From: Eledone cirrhosa
Taxonomy: Eukaryota
Assembly (NCBI GenBank): GCA_964016885.1
Contig: OZ024746.1
Coordinates: 63,426,001-63,490,000 of the forward strand
Length of the DNA: 64,000 bases
Direction: 5' to 3'
Part shown: positions 34,698 to 47,200 of the stretch, one piece after another
Layout of the letters: each line of letters begins with the position of its first letter
How positions within the stretch are numbered: position 1 is the stretch's first letter
The notes under the pieces: model-generated
Databases searched by the model: none
The model's input: only the letters and a program-made list of their open reading frames with translations
What the model was told of the DNA's origin: nothing
Program-made: the position numbers and the translations under genes

Positions 34698-35789
34698 TTA
34701 TTTCATAACCTTAGGTAGTTTGAATCCCAGGCTCAGCTGGCTCCAGCTGACAGCACCTGGAATGGGTCTCTCTGCAATCGCAGACCCCTTTCCCCCACCA
34801 CACTTTAATTTTGAAATGCTAGGTTAGTTTTCTGTCTGTGTTCAGGAGGGATGGAGAAGATCAATCAGGGAGACATCCCATGATGTAGATGAGCTACACT
34901 TTCCCCCCTTTTACAACATTTACTATTTAGGCTGACCTAGATTTGAATGTCTGGTACTTTGATGTTTGTTTGGGGGAACCCCTAGATAAGTTACCCGCAA
35001 CTGCAAAGATGATGATTGAGGAACTCAGTCACACCTCCAAATGTGAACTTTGGATCTCCAGCACCCTGGCTTCACAAAACCTGCCAACAGTAGATCTGTT
35101 CACTGAAACCTTCATCTCTATTGCAGCCTTTCTCCCATTGACATTATGCTCCTTTGCAGTCACAATTTCTGACTCAGTTTTCCAGTCGACTTTTCTCTCA
35201 AAGCTGGCAAACCTCTAGCAATTACTCCAAAACATTGGTGTAATTAAACCCATCAAGGTTTTTTCATGCTTAAGAATTACCTGTCAATTCCTAAGTTAAT
35301 GTATAGATTCTGGTTATCTGTACAATGTTTTGATGACATAAGCTTTGGGAAGTTTAAAAGTTTGGTTATTGTCAAACTCTCTCCAGTGTCCTGAAACCAG
35401 GCTGCATTGATCAAACAATTTAGGGGCCTAGATCTACCTGAAAGCTCGTCGCTATCTCTACCCTGCTTTTTTGTCTCCATCCATGCTTGCGCCTTTCTGG
35501 TAGGTAACATTCTCTCCTTTCCAACATATGCTAGCTCCAACAGTGGATGAAGCCCAACCACAGAAGAGGGAGCTAAGTTTTTGATGCAGAGCAGGATAGA
35601 TTGAAGCAGAAAGTTTGGGACAACTTATATTCTAGAGACACTTTAAACTCCATTCTTTAATAATTCCAGCTAATACTCACTCAAAGTACTGCTTACTTTC
35701 TGCAAGTGCCAAATTCTTGGGAACAAGATTGATACTTTGGCCTTGGCCAGTATTAGTGGCCTAGTCAGTTTGGATGAGCTCCACATCAT

Positions 35790-36344
35790 CACACTCAAAG
35801 CTGGAGCCAATGTTTGTGGAGGATTTGAGTGCGTGAATCTTCATGGATTGTCTTGCTGTCTAAATCCAGGTCGCTTTACTCGTATACCAAGTTGAACTTA
35901 ATAATTAGGCAAGCCCTTATCAGTCAATATTCTGTCAATTCTGGAGCCAGCTGGCTTGTTTCGGGTGAATGGGAAAAGGCCAGATGGTCTTACCCTTTGC
36001 TTCAAATTTTGAGGTAGATGTCTCATTTGGGACGTAATTAGCAACTCTGTTGCTTCTCACATCTTGGATGTTGTGATAAAGGTGAGGATCACTGCCTCTA
36101 TAACCAAATAGAATAAAATTCTGAAATACCAGGAATTATGAGCAAACTATTTTTTCAGCCTGTATCATTTGAGACGTTCAGAGGAGCTAGGCCGCTGACA
36201 ATAAGATTCTTATCATTGTTGGCATCTTACTTTACTGATGTAACAGGTGATGTTAATGAGGGTGCTTGGTTATTCCAGCCCTTTGACCTCGCTATTATTT
36301 GTGATAATGCTGCAAGTGTCTTGGAATGCCTCAGAAATTATTAA
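35790..36344 (+). mobile_element. Relic of RLE-type (CRE/NeSL-like) non-LTR retrotransposon 3' end
   Basis: Across frameshifts: HGLSC..GR, RPDGLTL, GRCLIWDV, KYQEL, FQPVSFETF. Confidence 0.68.
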
Positions 36345-36719
36345 AGAGTAACTCCTTATGTTGTGGCATGTGTGGATCTTATCTGGTGATATGTTGGATA
36401 GGAGAGTATATCTGCTTATATATATTTTTTTCATATTTTCTCTCATTACTTTCTTTCTGCAATTGATATATTATGTAAATAGAAATTTCCATATTAAATT
36501 TTTGAAAATAAAACAATATTTGGAAGGATTTAGTAATAATAATAAAAAAAAATATCTAATATGTCCTCTTTAAAAAAATATAGTGTGATATTGGAGAATT
36601 TGGCTACTATTATTTGTTTATCTGTGATGCTAAAATTGATGTCTAACTGAATCTAGAAAAATTGTCAAAGAAATTCTTCACCCACTTATTCCTGAGAAGG
36701 TTATGGGGGCAGACACACC

Positions 36720-37060
36720 ATCCATAATGTCCTATCAGAAGCAACCAACCCCAAACGATCCAACTGGATCATAAAGTGAGATCAACTCAGCTCATGTATA
36801 TTATCTAACCATCTTGCTTGTAATCTATCTCTGGGCCCCCTGCCAACTGGCTTTGCCCATAAAATCTGAGCTGTGATCTCTCAATGCAGAAAAGTAATGG
36901 TTCTACCTGGAGCAAATCTCTTATCTCCAAGCTACACACACTATCAAGTAATGTTACTCCAAAGACCCTTTGGAGGAACCCCAATTCAGCCATGTGTATT
37001 CATGATTGTATTCTTTCAGTTATAATCCAAGATCCATGATCATAACTATGAGTAAGCACA
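36720..37060 (-). mobile_element. Degenerate LINE (RTE-like) 3' fragment
   Basis: AELGFLQRVFGVTLLD...IERSQLRFYG. Confidence 0.6.
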
Positions 37061-38086
37061 AATTTATTTTATGAAACCTGAAATTGTAGAAAAGAATGTA
37101 TATTCCTCTCAAAGCATTAATGCAAAAAATGAAGTGATGTATTGGATTTCCAGAAAAAAAAAAAAAAGAGGCAAAACATATTGTCATAATGATAATGCTG
37201 ATGATGATGATAATGTTTTGCCTCTTTTTTTTAGGGGGGGGGGGGGGGGGTTAATTGCCCTTTGTATATTACTGGTATTTCTTGTATTCAAACAAATGAA
37301 AACAAATAGATTCTTAGTATAAAAATGCACCAAACTAAATACACTTAAAAGAAGTTATAACAACTTGATGTAGACTATATCTTAGTTTCATCATTGTCAC
37401 ATATTTTAGTCTTCATACTAATAGTGGCATATGCCAAATTTTGGGTTATTTAAACAGAAGTAAAATTGTTGTTGAAATCTAACTCTATCTCAGAGCTGTC
37501 ATGGCAAGGCTACTACTACCTTTCTAATTGCTAATAAACCTTTGTTGAGAATGCAATGCATTTAAAGATATTAACCTTAACAATCAATGATGTCTAAACC
37601 CACTAAAATGCATGGGGTTACTGAGAAGATAGAAGGGCAAGAGAAATTACGATTGATGTTACTTTCGAATTTTGGTAATTGTTGTTAGTGGTAAAAAAAA
37701 GCAAGAAACTGGAAGAGAATTTCATTGGTGAGATGTGTGAGGGAAGAAACTATGAGAATGTAATTTTTAATTGCATTTAGGAATTTCAACTGTAAATGAA
37801 TGAGACCTAGCTCCCAATCTGGTGCTCTGTTTAAACTCGTGAAGATGAAGTAACCGAGAGGAAAGCTCATTAGAACAATTCCTATGAAAATATTTATAAA
37901 AAATGGCAAAGAGTGGAAACGATTTGAAAATGTGTTTGTATTTTGAATATAATGTAACTTTGGGAGGGAAATCAGCTAAACCTGTTAAGTGTAAACAGAA
38001 ACAGTTAATGTGTCAATAAATTGCTGGAGCCCATCTCAGGAACCAGTCAATAAGTACATTGAACATTGTACGTTTGGATGATATAC

Positions 38087-38135
38087 ACACCTTCTGATGA
38101 GGGCTCAACTAGGTCTGAAAATCGATTAAAGGTGT
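38087..38135 (+). ncRNA. Minimal type I hammerhead ribozyme motif (Penelope-like pLTR type)
   Basis: ACACCTT-CTGATGA-GGGCTCAACTAGGTCT-GAAA-ATCGAT-TA-AAGGTGT: perfect 7-bp stem I, full core, palindromic stem III loop. Confidence 0.7.
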
Positions 38136-38324
38136 TTATCATTTTTTCAAACATTATTTTATAATTGAGATATCTCAGAAAATAGAAACATCATTATCAT
38201 CATCATTTAACGACGGTTTTTTGCTAGTAAGTTTTCTAAAAAGTCTGAATATATTTCTTTTATGAATTTTAGACTGTTTCGTGATTTTTTTTTTTATGTA
38301 TAGAATTATAACAATTAGTACAAT

Positions 38325-38800
38325 GAGTTTAGTGCGCAGGTGGGAGTCTACCGGTGTTCAGTTCTCAGCACTCTCCTATTCATTATAGTCCTCTAAGCCA
38401 TAATAGGTATTCAAGACTGGTTGTCCATGGGAACTCCTATATGCTCATGATCTAGCCCTCACAGCCAAAACAATAGAATAGAGTCATTCCAGAAATGTAA
38501 GCAAAATCTAGGATTTAAAAAAAAAGTAAACCTAGCAGAAAGTGGAGAAAGGATAAAATCCTTATACTGTCAGGGAAATGGCCATGTTCAACAAGTAGCA
38601 AAGAAGGTAGGAATTTCAAAAGTGTACCCAGTGTAATTTGTAGATACAAGAGGTGTCGTGGAATCACAGGTAGACTTTGAATGTGACAGAAGCACAGTAG
38701 TAGTCAACAGTAAGATTACTCAAGAAATAAACTGTCAAATGTTCAGAAGTTTCTCTGGAAGTGGGATAAAGATTTTATCTAGGTGATTCATTACTAGAGC
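38325..38800 (+). mobile_element. Old RTE fragment
   Basis: [29 protein letters not shown]; homologous to 21660-21950. Confidence 0.7.
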
Positions 38801-39611
38801 AGGGTGGGAGTCACTTTTTGACAATGGACACTTCTAGAGAGCTTCCATAGGAGAAGCAGTGAAATTACTTCTTTGGTTGCCCTAAAACAATTGCCAGCAA
38901 ACTGAAGCCTTTCCTATTTAAGTCTGATTGATATTGAATACAGACTTTGTAGACTTTTTGGATGTGACCAGCTGAGATTCTTCACACTTTAAAGTATGTT
39001 GGTGTGTCATCAGGCGCTTCTGTAGTGGGCGGGGAATGATGAATTTGTATTGTTTTTGTTTCTTTTTCACTGGTGTTTTATTTTTTTTAGAATAAAATAG
39101 AATAGAAGATCATTGGAAATTAATGGTGGCTGAGGTGTCTATGTATTATGTTTCACTGTTACCAGTGATTTTTTTTTTCATTTGTGAATCACTAAATACA
39201 TCATCACTTAGGTTTTACAAACCCTAAAAGCACTATTAGTGATATTATATAACTTTTACTTGAAACTCATATCACTTGTGAAAATTTTGCATGTGTGTTC
39301 ATGTCACTGCCAGTGAAATAATGACTTGCGAAATATAACACACATAATGACAACTCCATTTTACAATTCAATTATTTTGAATTCTTCAGTATCTTGCCCA
39401 TCACCTAATTCTGTACTGAAAGGTGGCTCTGTTGAAATATCAAGACATACCACATGTATGATTATGAGTCTCCTTGTCAGTTTTTGTTTTTAACCACAAT
39501 AAATAGACTTCACTTCATATATTCAGCATGGTGCTGTAGGCAGCAAGCCTGCTACTCATGCTAAAACTAGGATTTTCATCTAAGTCTGAGCAAAACCAAA
39601 ATAATAATAAT

Positions 39612-40090
39612 AATGGTCTCAAATTTAGGTACAAGGTCAACAATTTGGGGGGAGGAGAAAGTCGATTAAATTGATCTTGGTGTGTTACTAGTACTATATT
39701 TTATTGATCCCGTAAGGATGAAAGGCAAAGTTAATCTTGGCAGGATTTGAACTCAGAACATAAAGGGATGTAACTATATGCTGCAAAGCATGTTGTCCAA
39801 CGCTATACTAATACTGCCAATCCACCATTATAATAATTGTTTCTACTTTTGACTCAACGTTAGCAATTATCCCAGTGCATTACTGGTACTTTATTTTATC
39901 GCCCCCGTAAGGATGAAAGGCAAAGTTAACCTCAGCGAGATTTGAAATCAGACCGCAACTCTATGCTGCAAAGCATAGTGTCCGACCCTCTACCAATACT
40001 GCCAATCCACTGCCCTTATAATAACAATAATGGTCACTAACCTAGGCACAAGACCATCAACTTTGAAGAAGGGGAAGTCAATTGACAGCA
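39612..40090 (-). mobile_element. Tandem cluster of 2-3 Meta-like SINEs
   Basis: Repeated CCCGTAAGGATGAAAGGCAAAGTTAA core; further partial copies at ~40790-40877, 41140-41280 (+), 47780-47875, 63920-64000 (+). Confidence 0.8.
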
Positions 40091-41599
40091 GTACTTTTAT
40101 ATAATAGATTATAGTAATTTGGCAGAAGTACCCCAATGAAAACTAAATCATCTCATAGGTATAGCTTGACAGTGAAATGCAGTGAAAAATAATATAATTC
40201 TGGATTTTCCAAATCACATATTCTAATCTTCCTATAGCAGTTGTTTTCTATCTTTGGCTAGTGATACCATTCTTCATAGTTGAAAAAATCTATTCTGGGA
40301 TGAAAATGGCATTCAGCTGTTAAAAAACAAAAATAAACAACACTTGTTCTAACAATGTCCTAGTTTCTGAAAGTTATCTTCTTCATTCTAGAGATGAAAA
40401 AAACAACTCAAATCCCTAAAAACGAATTAGCTTTGACTTTCACCTCCCTCTATCCATGATCAATAAAATAAGTGCTAGGCATGATTTAATTTGTGGCCAT
40501 GTGAGAAATCATATTTGAATATTCCTTATTTCTTAAACCTAAAAAATGCGAAATTGCTTTAGAATTCAATGAAATAGATTCTAATATTTTCTGGCAAGGA
40601 TAAAGAACCTTTGTCACCAGCAAAATATTGGTCACTCTCAAATTTGGAACCATCTGCTGAAATCATCATTGCTTTTATGTCGTTATCTATACTGACATGG
40701 GTCGGAACAAAGTCTCTTAAATCGGATTTCATATGCAGCTCCTCCCAAAAAAGTTTCATTTTTTAAACCAAAACAGTAATTTAATATAATTATTTCTACT
40801 TTTGGCACAAGGCCAGCAATTATCTCAGTGTATTACTGGTACTTTATTTTATCGACTGCGTAAGGATGAAAGGCAAAAAAAAGTAATTTAATATAATGAA
40901 TCATAAAATTGAAGATTCATTATTTTTTTAAAAACAGATGTACCTCCACAGTCTTTCATTCCTGGGACTAAAAATGTCTCACTCCCTCTTCTAAGGAATC
41001 AAATATTTTTCAAAATATCCAGAGACAAGGTCTACTAACTAAAATAAAAAAATAATAAAAAAACTTCTTCAGAAGTAACAAAATTATTCAGTCATTTGAA
41101 TTCCAAGTCAGTTCTTTAAACCATATTAAAAATTGGCGAATAGGCAGGATTGTTGAAGTGTCCGGCAAAATGTTTGAAATACTAAATTGTTGTTGTTTGT
41201 TCTGATTTCAAATTCTGCCGAGGTCAACGTTGTCATTCATTCTTCTGTGATCGATAAAATAACGTAGCAGTCAAGAATTTGTGTCAATTCCTGTAATGCA
41301 TCTGAGATATGAATGTAATTATAATAAAAGACAAACTTATTTCTAGCTTCAGAAGAGAAGGATTATTTACGTTTCAACGGCCCTACGATCAAAAGTTTAT
41401 GCTTCCATATTAGGACAACAAAATACTACCATACTGTTCTCTTGTTGAGTTTCTTTTCTCAACAAAACACTGGTGACTCATAGAGTACTGCCCACATATC
41501 CATAATGGTAACGATGCTATCTACACAAACATCCTAGATCGACCGTGTGTATATAAAATAAAATAAGAAAAATAGGCCATCGAACTGTTCACTGAAAAA

Positions 41600-42060
41600 G
41601 CTAAAACCACAAGTTCGCAAATATGCTATTTCCACTCTATCACTAAGATAATGACATCTGTGCTTCAGAACTAGCCAATACACCAATCTACCATCTACCT
41701 TAATTAAAGTCTTTATCCAATCTTTTTCTAACCTGAATAGTAACTGCCAAGAATCCCATCTCTCATGTCAACGTTTTCCTCACAGGCTTCCAAGTTTAAG
41801 TATGAATATTAACTGCCCCATAACCATCGATTACAAAGACCATAGGCGCCATCATCCCTGCTAATAAATGATAAAATAATATTCTAGCTAAATTTCACAG
41901 CTCCAAAATCTACTCCCATATCTGATATGGTGTATCTACCCAATTATTATTAATACTACTGAGTATTCCATTATAAACAATGAATTCGACCTCTTTATAC
42001 ATAAGCTTGTGTCACACAAGTGTCCTTGCCACTTCTTAAGAACACTCCATTTTTTTTTTG
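41600..42060 (-). mobile_element. Possible highly decayed Gypsy pol fragment
   Basis: Frameshifted resemblance to PYR and KDG..RLCIDYRQLN motifs. Confidence 0.3.
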
Positions 42061-43135
42061 CTTTGGATTTCTTTTAAATTGTCTAGCTAGTATCTTCTCT
42101 AGTTATCAAAATATTGGATTTCGTCTCAGAACCCCCGTCCCAGTAATTTCGATTGGGAATTAAACTGAGTAAACTTTAGTATATCGAAGAACTAAAGATG
42201 GGAAGGAAATCATAATAGAAATGATATCTTATTTTGACATTTATTTTAACAGCATCTAGTTTTCAACTGTCCTTCAACCACATTTCAACTTAGTTTACTT
42301 TTCCCTCCTGACACCCATGTCTAGCTTCCTTGACGACGGTGATGTGTTATGCTGATCCTTTCTACCATATAATACGTCTCTCGTCGGGCCAGACTAACCT
42401 ACAAATAGTATTGAGACTAACAATGAACAGACGTGAAGTAGATTATCTCTGCCTTTTCTTGAACCAACGAAACCAACAGAAAAAGAAACTTCTTTCAATT
42501 AACTAGAACACGAGATTAATTAAAAAAAACACCAGGGTGATCTCCACTAAGATAAAGACATTTTAAGAAAATGGTGTATTGTTCTAGTATAATCTAACAA
42601 TTACGTCAGAATTCTGTAACGATTTAAGTGTCGTGGTTGTCTTAACTTACGTAGATAATTGTAATAACTTTTCTACCATTTTTTTCGCTTGTGGACGGTT
42701 TCAGTAAATGCCCACTCTTAAAACTTATCCTTTATATTCCTCGTAAATATTGATAAAGTTAATTAAATAAGACACTTTTAGACGATTACAGTAAAAAAAA
42801 AAATACATATAAATTTCCATAAGATTACAACTACTGCACAGTTATAGAAACTGCGAAATAATGCTTATGTCATAGTCTCGTTCGAATGAGACTTCACACT
42901 GAGAAGTCTTAGTATTTTTAATAACGTATATGTGTAATTTTTCATATTTGCATCAAGAATCATTAAACTTTTCTATTTGAATATTAAAAGTAATTAATTT
43001 TGAAGAACAAAAGATGAATGAAAGAAGTGAAAAGAATTAATTTTAATATTAGAAAAATCTATGTGTTTCAAGAGAGGGGGAGGATTTTTTTTACTCCCAT
43101 GACTCTGTGTTTAGCCGTACAGGTGTGCATCCATC

Positions 43136-43240
43136 ATGGCGGAAAGCGGTGAAGAAACGGAAAGGAAAATTACTATTACAGTGAAAACTCCAAAAGAAAA
43201 GCAAGAGATTAAAATAGATTCTGATGTGTCGGTTAAAGAG
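43136..43240 (+). CDS. UBQLN: Ubiquilin coding exon 1 (MAESGEE...SVKE)
   Basis: ATCATGG start; GAG|gtaatt donor; 105 nt. Confidence 0.9.
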
Positions 43241-43353
43241 GTAATTTGCTTTTTTATGTAGAATTTTGTACGACTTGATGTTTAAAAGTTGCTGACCGAT
43301 CAGCTCGAGTATATAACACCACCCCCATCCTGTTCATATCTTCTCATTGGCAG

Positions 43354-43407
<54 letters not shown>

Positions 43408-44199
43408 TATGTATATATGTACTGTCGTTAAAATTTGTTTAAATTTATTTATGAATTGTTTTTCCTTAATTCATATTTATAACTCATTTGAGTCCGAATA
43501 TATTATGCTATTTAATGTTTCTATTACCTAAACTTGAATATATTTTCAAAGAGTCGGTGTGTGGATTTCATATTGCACAAAAATCTGAGAGTAACAGACA
43601 TGAATCCTCCCCCTCTCGAACCTTGAAAATGAAAAAAAAAGTAAAAATCTGAATTTTTTCAAGTATTAAGCTAATAAACTGCGATGATTTATTAAAACAA
43701 AACAAGTATAGCAAAATCCGGTTGCCTTTTTTTTTCTAAATGTAGTTAAAATCTGAGATTCATCGGCCTTTTAACTATAAAAACTACGTGTCTGTTCACG
43801 ATAGGGAAAGGCGACTAGAATACTACTATATCGAGTTAAACGAGCGTGGTTATCATTCTTGTCATAAATTAAGCATGGAATAAAGGGCAACATTTTTTAA
43901 CAACCCCATCATTTTATTTTCGGCATATGTTAAAACTATATGTTTGGTCTTAGTTCTCTAACATGTCGTGTTTGAGTTATGTCATTGACTTGTGAATCTT
44001 ATTTTATAGTTTAGATTTCAAAGTAATTTGCATAAACGTAGATTGTATAATGTGTAAGGCATGTTCGATGTTAAAAATAAACTCTTACAACTAAATTTCT
44101 ACACTACACTTCTGAATTTATCACGTCTCAACTCTACTACACATATTTAAAAGTAACTTTCTCTCTCTCTCACACACACAAAACATCTATAAAACTAGA

Positions 44200-44238
<39 letters not shown>

Positions 44239-47200
44239 CTCTAGTTTTATAGATGTTTTTTATAATTATTATTTGCGGGTAAATTTGATTCCTCAAAATA
44301 TACCGAGAAGGATTTTACTCAAAGAGAAGCTGTTATTGCTCTTCTATGGAAGCGTTTGAATGTACATTACAATATACTATGCTTTACAAATTTCTAAACT
44401 TTTTTTTCCCTTCCTCATAGTGTTTAAGTGTTGTGTCCATCAATGGCTAACGATAAAAGATGAAAAATGTACTATACTAATGGCATATCTCATCTCTTAG
44501 ATTTATAAAGGTAGATGAAATCGTCATGTTGTTTATGACATTAACGGGAAAGCAATTGTAACTGGGTCGCGGACTCAATTCACCGAGAACTTACTCTCGC
44601 CATCACGGCGGTCGCGAATGGAACCATCTCGAATCTGTCGGGTGAAAGTTAGTACTATTTAAAAAACAATGACTGATTTTAACATTAAAATTGTCTTTAT
44701 AATTTAAATCGGTATTTCTGGTATTTTTATAACGTTGCTTTTTAATGCTTAACTGGTGGTTTCTTTCAGGATGTGTTTTTTTACTGTTATTTTGGCCTTG
44801 AATGTAGGCCAGTAAGTATATCGCCATGTGTTTAGATTTTAAGATTTCTTATCACGAGAGTTGTGTGATAAATTATTTGATGTGACTCTTACAACATTGT
44901 ATCCATTCATCATCTCTAAATGTTTTTCTGGCTCTTCCATATATGTAGGAACTTAATATTTTCGGACATTTAGTGGGGACGTTGTACAGAAAGAGCTAAA
45001 CAAAATTGATTTGAGTGGTAGATATATTGAACTAAGTAAAACAAGTCAGTAACCATTTTCCTTGAATTATACTCTGATGGGAAATAAGCTACAAGATGGA
45101 TTAGCTTGTGAAAGATGTTTAAAATAACTAAAGGTTGGTTCAAGTTTTGCAGTTCGACCTGTGAGGAATTGCGTATTCAAAGAATTGTCTTAGTATTCTT
45201 CATTTCACCCTTGTCCTTGAAATACATTGCCTAATCAATATAGAATGGCAGGATGAGGGTGAGGCAGTTAAAGGTAAGTTTTAGTTGAGGGTAAAATCAT
45301 TTGTATACACTTATCAAGGTTGGTATTTCAAAGAAAACATTTAGTGGGTAGGTAATCAATACATCAACTACAATAATTGAGCTGATAGTGTGGAATTTTT
45401 GAATAGACTGATAGTAAATTAAAGATTTGAAAATCCCTTTTATTCAAGGTGTACAAGTCTGTGCCCATGACTGTTTTCATGGCCTCTGAGATTGATGGAA
45501 GTTGAGGTGGGTGAATCAACCCAAAACAATGAAAGCAAAGTTGACATTGGTGGGATTTGAACTTAGAGCACAAAGAGCCAGAACAAGGTATTTTGTGCTG
45601 TTTTAACAACTACCAATTTTCCACCTATGCAATGTCTGATAATTATAGATGAAGCAAATTAAAGTTACTACATAATAGGAAGGTTTGTTTATCAATAAAT
45701 AATAAATTTCAGTGCTTACAATATTGTATTGATCACACCTGCTGTGATGGATCACTGGAAATAGTTTTATTACCTGTGTTGATATATTGAGTCTCAAATA
45801 TATGGCATCTGTGTAAGAAGTTAAGATAAAATAACTAATTGTAAGCAAGTGAGTTTAGAAAATGATTAAATGGTAACTACTTCCTATAAACATGATCGCA
45901 TTTATAAGGTTTTAGAATGTCTCATTGCTGTAAAGTTTTCTTAGTTAATCATAGACAAACCAAGAAAGTTGATTTAGATCTATTTTAAAGTTAGACCTTG
46001 CAAATGAACTGAATCAGAAAGAACTGTAAATAATTATCAGATATCTAAGTATGATTTTGTTTAGTAGTAGAACCTCTGTGAGCAAATATATTGTCATTAT
46101 TACATCAGTGAACTAAGATCAACTTTTGGTTATTGGTCATGTGAGTAGACTTGGCTTTAGAGAGCAAGTAAGGGTATTTTCTTTCAACTGTTTGACACAG
46201 ACACTTGTTAGTCAAACTCCTTGTCTATGATATAAGTAATAGAACTATCTTACTGACTGTTTTACTACATTTGTCTTATTGGTGCTCTTTGAGATCAACT
46301 TGGATGCTTCCCAACTTTGTTATGCTTTTTATTAATAACTCTTGCCAATCTCATCTCCAACACTTTTCTTCAACAGTGACATACCTGACATGTATTACAC
46401 AGATTCTATTCCATTTCCTCATCCTTCTGCTCTAAAAATCTTTCTAGCAGTTTTAAACTTGACTTCACCATCTCTAGACAATAGGATTGCTGGTATACTT
46501 GTCATTGTCAAAATGTCTTAAAGATTCTCATAATTCATTAATTCTGCTGTTGGTTTTCTTTGTCAGTTTTTTTCTTTTTCTTTATGTAGAATCAACATAT
46601 GTTTTCTGTTTTGAAAAGCCATCTTGTTGTTTTCTACTTAACCTTCTACCAATAACCTGTATATAACTGTCACTATCCCTCTCACTCTGCTACTATTCTA
46701 TCATTCAGTTGCACCCATTCACTTATATTCATACCCTCTCTCTTCTTTTATAATCATTTTCTTGGGCACATAATATAGAGTGGAGTCTTTACTCCTAGTG
46801 TTAGTGTCACAATAAAATGCACCCTGTATACATCATGTTGAAGATTTGACAATCCCTCTAATGTTTGCACCATGATAAAACAGACTCAATACACTCTGTA
46901 AAATGGTTGGGTATTTTTAGGAAGGGCACCCAGGCGAAAATTGAATCTATAAGTGAGATATGGTTTCTAGGTTCTTCTAGGAGTGCAGTAACTCCAAATA
47001 AAAATTGTCAAACCAATGCTAACATGGTAGGCAAATGTTACATAATGCTGTGATATCTGTATGTTACGTAGTTTTTCTGAGCTATATTAAAATTGTGTTT
47101 AACCTAATTAATAACCTTTGGCCAGTTATCTGTATTCACTTAGTCATGCTCCAGTTTTTTCAAATAAGTCTCTTAACATTCATTCATAAACAGTTTCGAA

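Noticed and set aside
38965-39020. Minus-strand CTGATGA followed by a CACAC/GTGTG stem
   Set aside because: Followed by AAGA rather than GAAA, and no stem I partner.
40559-40759. 66-aa ORF weakly like a pogo/Tigger C-terminus
   Set aside because: Resemblance too weak to support a call.
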